From a virus (taxonomy: Duplodnaviria > Caudoviricetes): a stretch of DNA of 64,000 nucleotides. A model generated the notes under the pieces. That model did no database searches, had not been told where the DNA came from, and saw only the letters and a list, made by a program, of their open reading frames with translations. The position numbers were made by a program, and so were the translations under genes. The DNA lies in the IMG/VR virus record IMGVR_UViG_3300028591_000164, positions 1-64,000 of that record. The stretch is one strand, 5' to 3'. Each line of letters starts with the position of its first letter. Position 1 is the stretch's first letter. This document shows, piece after piece, positions 37,967 to 46,551 of the stretch.

Positions 37967-38008
37967 AAAAAGACCCCTCTCATTTCTGAGAGGGGCCATT
38001 TTTTATTT
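37964..38008. terminator. Bidirectional terminator between the convergent arms
   Basis: A-run, CCCCTCTCA-TTTC-TGAGAGGGG, T-run, between two convergent stop codons. Confidence 0.8.
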
Positions 38009-38390
38009 ACTCATTAATGAATGCTTCTAGATTAATAATCTGAGCAGGAGTAATTTCAATATCGCCAATGTCTTCGGAATCAATCTTTTCAGCATTGATT
38101 TCAACGTCAGCATTTAATAGCTCATCTAGGCTCTGATAGAACTCATTTAGCCTATCCTGGTCAAGAGTGACATTGCCATTTTCATCACTCTTCATTTCGC
38201 CATTTTCATCTTTCTGCGCATATTCCTTAATTAGGTCCATACGCTTTTCATTAAACAAAGTAAATTCTTTTTCAAGTTCCCTTAGTAGCCTTGCGACACG
38301 AAAAGCTGCGCGGCCTTTTAGAGACTTATTAGATAGTTCGCGCATAATATCAGCGCTTTCAACAATATTTCTTAGGTGTGTATTAATCAT
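38007..38390 (-). CDS. Hypothetical protein, DUF1617-like (127 aa)
   Basis: SLKGRAAFRVARLL...LIKEYAQKDENG resembles this phage family (from recall). Confidence 0.5.
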   Translation of the reverse strand: MINTHLRNIVESADIMRELSNKSLKGRAAFRVARLLRELEKEFTLFNEKRMDLIKEYAQKDENGEMKSDENGNVTLDQDRLNEFYQSLDELLNADVEINAEKIDSEDIGDIEITPAQIINLEAFINE

Positions 38391-38391
38391 A

Positions 38392-39138
38392 TTAATCTTC
38401 TCCCCATTGTACTGTATTTATTTTAATTTTATTTGCAAAGTATTTTCCAATACATATTGCATCAGCTTCATCTTGTGTACAATTCTAATTGTACCACATT
38501 TTTACTTTATCTTGCGCTAGTTTCTTTTTATTTTCGCGGTGCTGGTCGCCTTCATTTATGCCGCAATATTTGCGCCATTCAGAGGCATATACTAAATCAT
38601 GGTCTATACTTGCTTCAAATAAAGTATCAAGTAAAACGCCTTGTAGATTAGCAAGCACCTAAAATGTTTTAACTTGCGCCTATGAAGCACTTGGACCAAA
38701 CTTCTGTAATTGAATATTCTCAATCCCAACAAAATCTGGTTCCCATGCTTCGAGCGCGGCTTTAAGCCAATTTTTAACCGCATTAATTCTTTCTTCCGTT
38801 GGCAATGTACTATCGGGGCTATATGTCCCATAAGAAACTAGCTAACGATTATCATATATTGAATATCCGGTTGTGCCTGTCGCGGCATCTAATCCCAATA
38901 CTCGTTCTGTGTCAATCTTTTTGGTTGGCACCTTATTTTTTTTGATTTTATATGGGTCGCCGGCCATACACTATTCACATAGCATATGTTTGCGCCATTG
39001 CCCATATGTTTGCTTTTGTAAATGCCCTTCTGGACATTTCATTTCCAATTCTGTATTTAAATTTTTATATTCAGTGCTAATCAATGTCCAATTGTTTTCG
39101 GCCAAATGATTAGCAACTGAATACACGTTAATTGGCAT
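38392..39138 (-). CDS. ruvC: RuvC-like Holliday junction resolvase with N-terminal Zn-finger (248 aa, TAG=Gln)
   Basis: VLGLDAATGTTGYS, VGIENIQ, QDEADAICIG; N-terminal CPEGH...CEQC; 5 TAGs; ATG overlaps the dUTPase stop (TAATG). Confidence 0.8.
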
Positions 39139-39944
39139 TACTTACCAGTACTCCCAAAGCCACCTTCGTCACGCTCGGTAGCTGGAAGAATATCAACTAC
39201 TTGTGGCTTAAAACGATAGGTAGGCATTACAATAAGCTGTGCGATGCGGTCGCCTGCGTTAATGGTATAATCAGAATCAGAAATGTTATCATATAGAATA
39301 CCAAGCTCACCGCGATAGTCGCTATCAATTACACCAACGCTATTGCTTAAACGCAGTGGCGTCTTTGCGCCAATAGAAGAACGTGGTACAATATATGCAG
39401 TCCAATTTTCTGGTAGAGCAATTCGTACACCAGTCTTAATCTTATTACCGACAGAATGCGCGGGAACAACTACTGTTTCGGCCGCGTATAGGTCAGCGCC
39501 GGTGTCTGTATCGTGTGCATAAGTTGGAACATGAGCTTCTTTTTCAAGCGCGATAGGAAGTTCAAAATCATATGTATGATAATGTTCAATTACTTCTCTA
39601 AATAGTTCTGTAATTGGGTCAAAAATTGCATGTAGTAGCGTGCTCTTACTCGCGGAGGGTTGAAGAGTATCAAATATATCCTGTACATCATGCTCTAAAC
39701 CAGCAAGGAACTCATGCGCACCGGCCTTATTTAAGCCGCGGGCTTCTAGACTATTAACAAGCTCTTTCTTGGACTTATCAATTAGTTCAGGGGAATACAT
39801 GCTCTGAATTGTATCACGTAAATTTTCTGCAACCTGCGGAGTTAGTAGACTCTCGTCAAAATTCATAATCTGTGTAATTGCTTCCATTAGGGGGTTTAGT
39901 GTTTCGTTTTCTCCTAATACATCGGCTAGTTCATTTATATCCAT
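39138..39944 (-). CDS. dut: Trimeric dUTPase with ~125-aa N-terminal extension (268 aa)
   Basis: Motifs TGADL, PRSSIG, GVIDSDYRGE, GDRIAQL, RDEGGFGSTG. Confidence 0.92.
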   Translation of the reverse strand: MDINELADVLGENETLNPLMEAITQIMNFDESLLTPQVAENLRDTIQSMYSPELIDKSKKELVNSLEARGLNKAGAHEFLAGLEHDVQDIFDTLQPSASKSTLLHAIFDPITELFREVIEHYHTYDFELPIALEKEAHVPTYAHDTDTGADLYAAETVVVPAHSVGNKIKTGVRIALPENWTAYIVPRSSIGAKTPLRLSNSVGVIDSDYRGELGILYDNISDSDYTINAGDRIAQLIVMPTYRFKPQVVDILPATERDEGGFGSTGK

Positions 39945-39955
39945 TTTATATTACC

Positions 39956-40165
39956 TCACTCATTAAATGTTTTTTCTAGTGAAACCACTGCCCAGCTATC
40001 AATAATTTCTCCCTTAGATTTCTTGGTCTTAATAGCATAAGCGGACTTAGTTAGTGTATAATTGTATTGAAGTTGTTCATCCTTCGCGGCGGTAATCATA
40101 TCAATCGCCTCTTCTTCTGTATCAACGCGGTAAACATCAGTTGTTTTCAGTAGTTGTCTCGCCAT
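39956..40165 (-). CDS. Hypothetical protein (69 aa)
   Basis: Likely start MARQLL after GGGAGAG; TGA stop. Confidence 0.55.
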   Translation of the reverse strand: MARQLLKTTDVYRVDTEEEAIDMITAAKDEQLQYNYTLTKSAYAIKTKKSKGEIIDSWAVVSLEKTFNE

Positions 40166-40487
40166 TTTCTTCTCTCTCCCTTTTTTCATTTAATTTTCTT
40201 AATTTTTGAATTAAATCAATATAGTTTAATTTTTCTGCGGTATCTGCGATTGTATTTATATCTTCCCTATTTTTCTTGCCAACTTTTTTAGCAAGAGCGC
40301 GGTGTTGCGCGCGATTTAATGGAGCGGTATTTGCTTTAATTTTTTTAGTTGTAAATTCTGTAATTTTATTCAGAATTTCGTCGGTAGTTTCCGCGCCGAT
40401 AAGACTTGTTGCTTCTTCTTCGCTAATGTCCTAAATATCCGCGAAGCGTTTTATTAGTTCCTACGGAGTTAAATCTTTATTCGCCAT
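40137..40487 (-). CDS. Hypothetical protein (116 aa, 2 TAG); missing from track
   Basis: RBS GAGGT, ATG 40487, continuous to TGA; fills the gap between neighbours. Confidence 0.55.
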
Positions 40488-40773
40488 ATATTACCTCTAA
40501 AAGTGAAAGTATTGTTTCATATTCTTCTTTGTTATGTAGGGTGATTAAAGTAAATAAGTGACGGTCATCATCTGCGACAAATGGAATTTCTACTTTTGCT
40601 ATTTTCTCTTCTATAATAGGAAACCAATATGGTCTATCATTTATTATTTCATCTGTCACCTTCATTTTCCCAATTAATCCATATACTAATATGTATTTAT
40701 TGTCATTTGTTTGGGCCAGCCCCGCAAAATATTCACTATTACCATGAAATTTTATAAAATTTGCTATCGTCAT
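40477..40773 (-). CDS. Hypothetical protein (98 aa)
   Basis: Track ORF, TAA stop, tightly packed with neighbours. Confidence 0.55.
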   Translation of the reverse strand: MTIANFIKFHGNSEYFAGLAQTNDNKYILVYGLIGKMKVTDEIINDRPYWFPIIEEKIAKVEIPFVADDDRHLFTLITLHNKEEYETILSLLEVIYGE

Positions 40774-40775
40774 AC

Positions 40776-41708
40776 TTAACCGCCATCCTTTCTATTATAT
40801 CCAAATTCTTGTGTTTTAAAGAAATTAATATAATACTTTTCTAATTCTCCAAGCTAATCTTTATCACAATATATTATGTATTCTATTGACCAATTCCATA
40901 GTCCTTCTTTAAGTAAGGCATGATGCACAGCCTAATCAGCAATTGATTGTATTCCAACAGCACTTTTGAAATGGTCTTGTAAACGCTTTTTAATATTTGT
41001 GCTTTTTCCTATATATGGTTTACCAGTATTTATATTTGTTATTTTATAAATACCAGGTTTATCTTCGATACCAACGCGCTTGAAAGTATCATCTATATAG
41101 GGCTTTACATATTCTGCCCACACTAATTTACTAATTATATCTGGATGTTGAACTTTTTCCGCGACATCGGTTAATAAGAAATTTATATCGTTATGATACT
41201 CTTCCGGAATTTGTATTGTATAGAATAGTTTTTCTTGCTATTCTTTATCATACTATTGTAGTGGTTCAAGTAGGGCTTTAAATTTTTCTTCTTCCTAATT
41301 ATAATTATTTTGAAGAATTTCAATTTTGTTATCAATATCTTTTTGGACCTACTGTAAATTTGCTTCTAACCATGCGGCTTCCTACTTATAATAGGTTTCT
41401 GTATTGGCAAACTATTCTGCCGCGGTTGCTTCCTTTGCAGACCACTTATCTTCAAAATCTTTTTTCCGCTATTTTTCTTGTTCTATAAGAAGATTATCTA
41501 AATTTTTAATTTTCTTATTAACTAAATCATGATAAGAATCCTATTTTATTTGAATTGCATGTTCTAATGAACCCAATTCTTCTTCAAGATTATTAACTTC
41601 CTATTCAAGCTGATTTTTGCGGCTTTCATTTAAAACTGTTTTCTATGTAAGTTTTACTGCCAGGACAATAATACAGATTATTAATACTACAATAATTCCG
41701 ACTTCCAT
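40776..41708 (-). CDS. N-terminal membrane anchor + coiled coil + C-terminal GIY-YIG nuclease domain (310 aa, 12 TAG)
   Basis: Starts MEVGIIVVLIICIIVLAVK; long E/K/Q heptad region; PGIYKITNINTGKPYIGKSTNIKKRLQDH...E...FGYN; RBS GAGGTG. Confidence 0.8.
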
Positions 41709-41736
41709 ATCACACCTCTCATAATTTCTTTATTAT

Positions 41737-41765
41737 ATTATAACAGAAAATGGATAAAAAGTCAA
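41737..41765 (-). promoter_or_regulatory. SigmaA/sigma70-type promoter
   Basis: TTGACT-17-TATAAT with extended TG, upstream of the GIY-YIG gene. Confidence 0.8.
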
Positions 41766-41799
41766 ATAAAAAGGTGGGGCGATTTTATTTTTTCGCCCC
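41766..41799 (-). terminator. Terminator closing the nrdD-nrdG-FNT unit
   Basis: GGGGCGA/TCGCCCC stem spanning the FNT stop codon, then ACCTTTTTATTT. Confidence 0.6.
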
Positions 41800-42342
41800 A
41801 AATGTGTGTGGAGAAATAAGTAATCCACCAATAATATTGCCAAGCAAAATAGCTATCCAATTTAAACTAAATTGACCAGCAGCTAAGAAATAGAAAGCAT
41901 CCGCTATACAGTGATTAAACCCAGCCGCGATGAAAGCAAATACGCCCAGTACAGTGATATATAGTGGAGTCTCTTTATATGTTGCTAATGTCATTAAAGC
42001 ACCGCAACCGATACCTTTCCATAGCGCTATGGAGAAATCTTGTTGCGCTTTATTTTGTCCTATTGCCGCAGCGGCTTGTTTTGCTTCTGGTGAAGCAATG
42101 AGAAACATCACGGCGATGCCAAATAAATTAAATATCAAAATTAATAAATATTCATACCATTTATATTGTTTAGTAAATAAATATTGAACTTTACCAGTAA
42201 ATAAATTATATTGCATTAATCTGACCGCGCATAAGCCGCAGCTGAATAATAATGCTCCAATTAATGGGCTAGGCGCCATTACATATAACTAGCACCCAAG
42301 TCCAATACATAAACCCGCGAATATAGAATTAATTATTAGCAT
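41785..42342 (-). CDS. Formate/nitrite transporter (FNT/FocA-like) family channel, short form (185 aa, 1 TAG)
   Basis: SIFAGLCIGLG, GALLFSCGL, YNLFTGK, GFNHCIADAFY, LGNIIGG match FNT signatures; several hydrophobic helices; start overlaps the nrdG end. Confidence 0.8.
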
Positions 42343-42823
42343 TGTTTTTCTCCATATAAATTATTCTTTGATTAGAAGAGCCACGCAATGGTAATGTAGT
42401 ATCGCGCTTATCTTGTTCATAGCGCCCATCAATTAAACAATCAATTTCTGATAAAATCTTATCAATAATATCAAGTTTTCTTTCTTTTAATTCTTCAAGC
42501 GTATATCCAGTCCAAACATAAACAATTAAATCTGGATAACGGCTTTTGCACCAACTAATTAAAGCGTCTACCGCGGCGAGATTTTCATCACATAATGGTT
42601 CTCCACCTAAAATACTTAAACGGCGTTCTACGCCATTTTTATGTAGTTTATCTATAACCGTACTTATAGTGTTAAAATTAAATTCTTCACCATAATTAAA
42701 GTCCCAAGCTTCTGGATTATGACAACCGGGGCAATGGAAGTGACATCCAGAAAAATAAACTGAGAGGGAGATACCGGGTGCTGCCGCGGTATCGTCCCAA
42801 TATATACCAGCAATTTTACTCAT
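42329..42823 (-). CDS. nrdG: Anaerobic RNR activase (164 aa)
   Basis: FSGCHFHCPGCHNP radical-SAM motif, ILGGEPL, LIDGRY, LRGSSNQR. Confidence 0.93.
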   Translation of the reverse strand: MSKIAGIYWDDTAAAPGISLSVYFSGCHFHCPGCHNPEAWDFNYGEEFNFNTISTVIDKLHKNGVERRLSILGGEPLCDENLAAVDALISWCKSRYPDLIVYVWTGYTLEELKERKLDIIDKILSEIDCLIDGRYEQDKRDTTLPLRGSSNQRIIYMEKNNANN

Positions 42824-42977
42824 TTTTGTTAATTTCTGATGATATGTCTCTTAATACGTCTAATAAAAGACGAAAAGTTCCATCTGCATTAATAATTGAT
42901 ATATTATATTTATTGCATAAGTCAAATATAATTTTTACTTCATTTTGTTCTATAATTTCTGGAACATCTATCATCAT
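42816..42977 (-). CDS. Small hypothetical protein (53 aa) between nrdD and nrdG
   Basis: RBS GGAGG 5 nt upstream of ATG; exactly fills the gap; overlaps the nrdG start. Confidence 0.45.
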   Translation of the reverse strand: MMIDVPEIIEQNEVKIIFDLCNKYNISIINADGTFRLLLDVLRDISSEINKNE

Positions 42978-42988
42978 ATTTTCCTCCA

Positions 42989-45259
42989 TTAATGTATATG
43001 TTTAACGCGGTCTTCTGTTTCTTTTTGTTTGCCCCAATTAAAAGCATCTTTGTAAGAGCCAGTTAAATAACCAGTAACCCTACGTAGACGAGAAATATTT
43101 TTACTGCCACATTCTGGACAAGATTCACCAATTTCATCTTGATAGCCGCAATCATTGCACATGTCTAGTGGCACGTTTATCGCGAAATATGGTATGTCCT
43201 TATCCATCGCATAATTTACTATGGTTTCAAGCGCATCAATATTATTTTTTACACCAGAAGGAACTTCTACATATGTTATACATCCCGCACTGGAATAACC
43301 AGTTAATTGCGCTTCAATATCAATCTTATCAAAGATAGAAATATCGTGCCATACAGGAACATGAATACTATTTGTAAAATATTCGCGGTCAGAAACATTA
43401 GGAATTTCACCATATTTTGCTTTGAATTTTTTCATCGCTGTGTAGCATAAATTTTCTGCTGGCGTATAATATACACCAAAGTTAAGTTTATATTCTTGTT
43501 TAAATTCTGCGCAGCGCGTTTTAAATAATTGCTCAATACGTTTTGCTAGTTCCATGCCTTCTTCAGTTGTGTGGTCTTTACCGATTAGAATTTGAAGCGT
43601 TTCAGCCAAGCCCAGTTGCCCGATAACAATGGTGCCATGTTTCAATGCTGAACGAATTCCTTCTTCTGGATGGTAGCCAAGCATTGTATGGTTTTCATAC
43701 ATAAATTTTGCTGACGCGGGAGACTGTTTACAAATCCATTCAAAACGTTCAAGAAGCATGTCTTTGGCTTCATGGATTTTTTTGTCTAATAGAAGCATAA
43801 AGTTTTCTACTAAATCCGCTTCTTTCATTATATAATCGTTTTTATCTAGCTTTTCTTTTACTTCCATTGCCAATGTTGGCATAATAATAGTTACTGGGCA
43901 AATATTGCCGCGGCCATCTTTTGTTTGTGGATTAACTCCCGGTTCTGCATTGATGTCTGCGCCATTTGCGGTTCTGCAACCCATTGTAGAGAAGTAAGTT
44001 TTTGGATCATTTATATCATAGCCAGCATTGCCACTCCAATCAACATTCGCGTAGTTTGGATAAATACGCTTGGCAGTAGATTCAAGCGCGAGGCGGAACA
44101 AATCATAATTTGGATCGCCAGGAGCACGGTTTATACCTCTCATACATTGGAAAATACCGCACGGGAAAATAGGAGTCTTATGGAACTTCCCTACACCCTT
44201 TATTGAACCTTCAAGCAACGCTTTAATTACCATGCGGCCTTCGGGTAGCGTACAGGTTCCATAATTAATAGATGTGAAAGGCAATTGATTGCCGCTACGA
44301 GATTGAAGTGTATTTAAGTTATGATACATGCCTTCAACTGCTTGTTGAAGTTCACGCATAGTCATATCCATTGCATATTTATAAGCTTTTGTTGTCTTTG
44401 CAGTTTGCACTAAAGGAAGTATTCTTTCGTCAACTGTTAAATTATGATAAGGCTCAATGGGCATTTTAGAAATATCTACATTTAAGAAATAATGATTTTC
44501 ATTATCTTCTTCAAACCATTTTAGGCCATCTTTGAAGTGCTTCCAAAAACTTTTTCTTACATAAGGAACCATAGTCCAATCTAAATGAGTTGCTGAAACT
44601 CCGCCAAACTACATTAAAGATTGAAGCTAAAATATAACTGCTACAAGTTGGAAAGCAGTATTAATTGAATTAGCTGGACGAACATCTGTTTGTCTCGTAT
44701 TAAATCCTTTGGCTAGTAAGTCATCAAATGGAATACTTAAACAGTTATGCATTCCTACTGCATAAGCGCTTAAATCATGAATATAAATTTCATTATTTAA
44801 ATGATTATTTCGCGCCATATCTGACATACAGAAATCAAGTGCATATTGTTTCATCATTTCGTCGGATGCTTCACCAACGCGGCCACCAAATGAATGCTCA
44901 TCAACATTTGCGTTTTGATTTTGAACATTTTTTGCTTGGAGCTTTTCACTAATTGAGCGAATAAACTCATCAGAACAAGAGCGCATTACGCCGCGCTTAT
45001 AACGATAACGAATGTAGGCTTTTGCGGTTAATTTATCATATTCAGTTAAGTAATCTTCTACTAATTCTTGAATTTCTTCAACATCTAGCGGCCTATCCAT
45101 TTGTGTTGCCACTTCATATACATTATCAGCAATTTTTTTACCATAATCTGGAGTTTTTTGTGTAAAATGAACATCTTTATATGCTTTATTTATTGCTTCA
45201 ACAATTTTTTGAGCATCAAAGTCTACATAATCTCCAGAGCGTTTTCTAATTTGTATCAT
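42989..45259 (-). CDS. nrdD: Class III ribonucleotide reductase with ATP cone (756 aa, 2 TAG)
   Basis: Track halves join as AVIF-Q-LQSLM-Q-FGGVSATHLDWTMVPY; QYKLNFGVYYTPAENL, CNDC/CPEC Zn site, glycyl-radical loop RVTGYL. Confidence 0.95.
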
Positions 45260-45475
45260 TTATTCTGGCCTCCCAGCATGTTTTTTTCCACAATATGGGC
45301 AAGTATCATCAACCCATACAAAATTATATCTAGCATCAAAATGCGGGCATCTGCTCTAATTAATGCGCATTTTTGCCTGAATTTCTTTTACTGTGCTTTT
45401 CTTTTCCATAGTTGCAAGCGCGATTTTTAATTCTTTATCCAATCGCTCTTTTTCTGCAATAATTTCTTCTATCAT
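45260..45475 (-). CDS. Small protein with CPH...CPYC motif (71 aa, 1 TAG)
   Basis: Continuous frame abutting the nrdD start; RBS GGAG. Confidence 0.5.
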
Positions 45476-46551
45476 ATTCTCCAAACCCCCTTAGCAGATA
45501 GTGTTGTAAAATTATGATTAAATAAATCTTTTGCTGCGGGGTATTTTTCTTGTAATAAATTGCGTGCTTCTCGCGCCGGTCCGATTTTGCCGCTTTGCTA
45601 AACAAGAGTTCGCTCAGCCAAAGACTTATTTTTTTTAGAAGGCCCTTTGCTCCATCCTTCTACTAATTTAGAAAGATGAAATAGCGGGTCAACGTAGCCA
45701 AGAGATGGCTATTCATATTTAATTTTCAATGGGATTTTACAAGCCCAAAAAGAAAATAATATATTCATTTTATATATAAAATCTTCTAAATAAAACTTTG
45801 AATATCTAAAATCACCGCCAAGTGTAATAGACACATTAGAAGACTCTGTAATATCAGCCAAAAATTTATTTTTATAATTTTTTAACATATAATGTACTTC
45901 ATCAAGTGGAATGTCCAAGTCAAGAATTATTTCATTTGCGCGACCCATTTTTTCAATTCCACGTAAAGTAAAATACTATGTTAAAGTCTTACATCGTGCG
46001 GGATGGATAGTTAAAATTTTCGCGGGATTGCGTTCTGCTACTTTATTAAGAACTTCTTCCCATCCAGGATGAAATATATCTTTATCAAATATAAAAATAC
46101 GTTTCTTTGTTTTTACTGGTGGAATTGGCAATACCTTGTCGCCCGCGAACATTCTATAATAACTATCATCCAATATATGTGTAATTACATGTGATTTAAT
46201 TCCTTCTTGATATTTCTTTTTAAGTATTTCTTTATATATTGCTGGCCGCGGAATTGTGTAATCAACAATCTATTCTTCAAACGGAATATAATTTTTAGTA
46301 AAATTTGTGCCGCCAAAGATTATATTTGTTGCTTTTTTAAATGCATCAGGAACTTGAATTGGCTGTTCGCTTTCACTAAAAAAATATATTTTATCATAAT
46401 TACTTAATTCAGTTTCATCTAAATCTATAAGGCGGCAGAAAATATTTCTTTCCGCCTTATAGTATGTTGCTAATTTCATTATTTCTATGTTAGGAATTAA
46501 TTTTGTTATAGCAGAAGCGGAATAGAAATCATAATCAACGAGCCCAATCAT
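45472..46551 (-). CDS. Hypothetical protein resembling degenerate phage radical-SAM-like proteins (359 aa, 4 TAG)
   Basis: Three track fragments joined by TAGs; N-terminus IGLVDYD..PNIEIMKLATYY..FGGT; no CxxxCxxC. Confidence 0.55.

Noticed and set aside
44573-44629. nrdD split into two genes or interrupted by an element
   Set aside because: The 57-nt gap is in frame and encodes the conserved QLQSLMQFGGVSATHLDWT with two TAGs.
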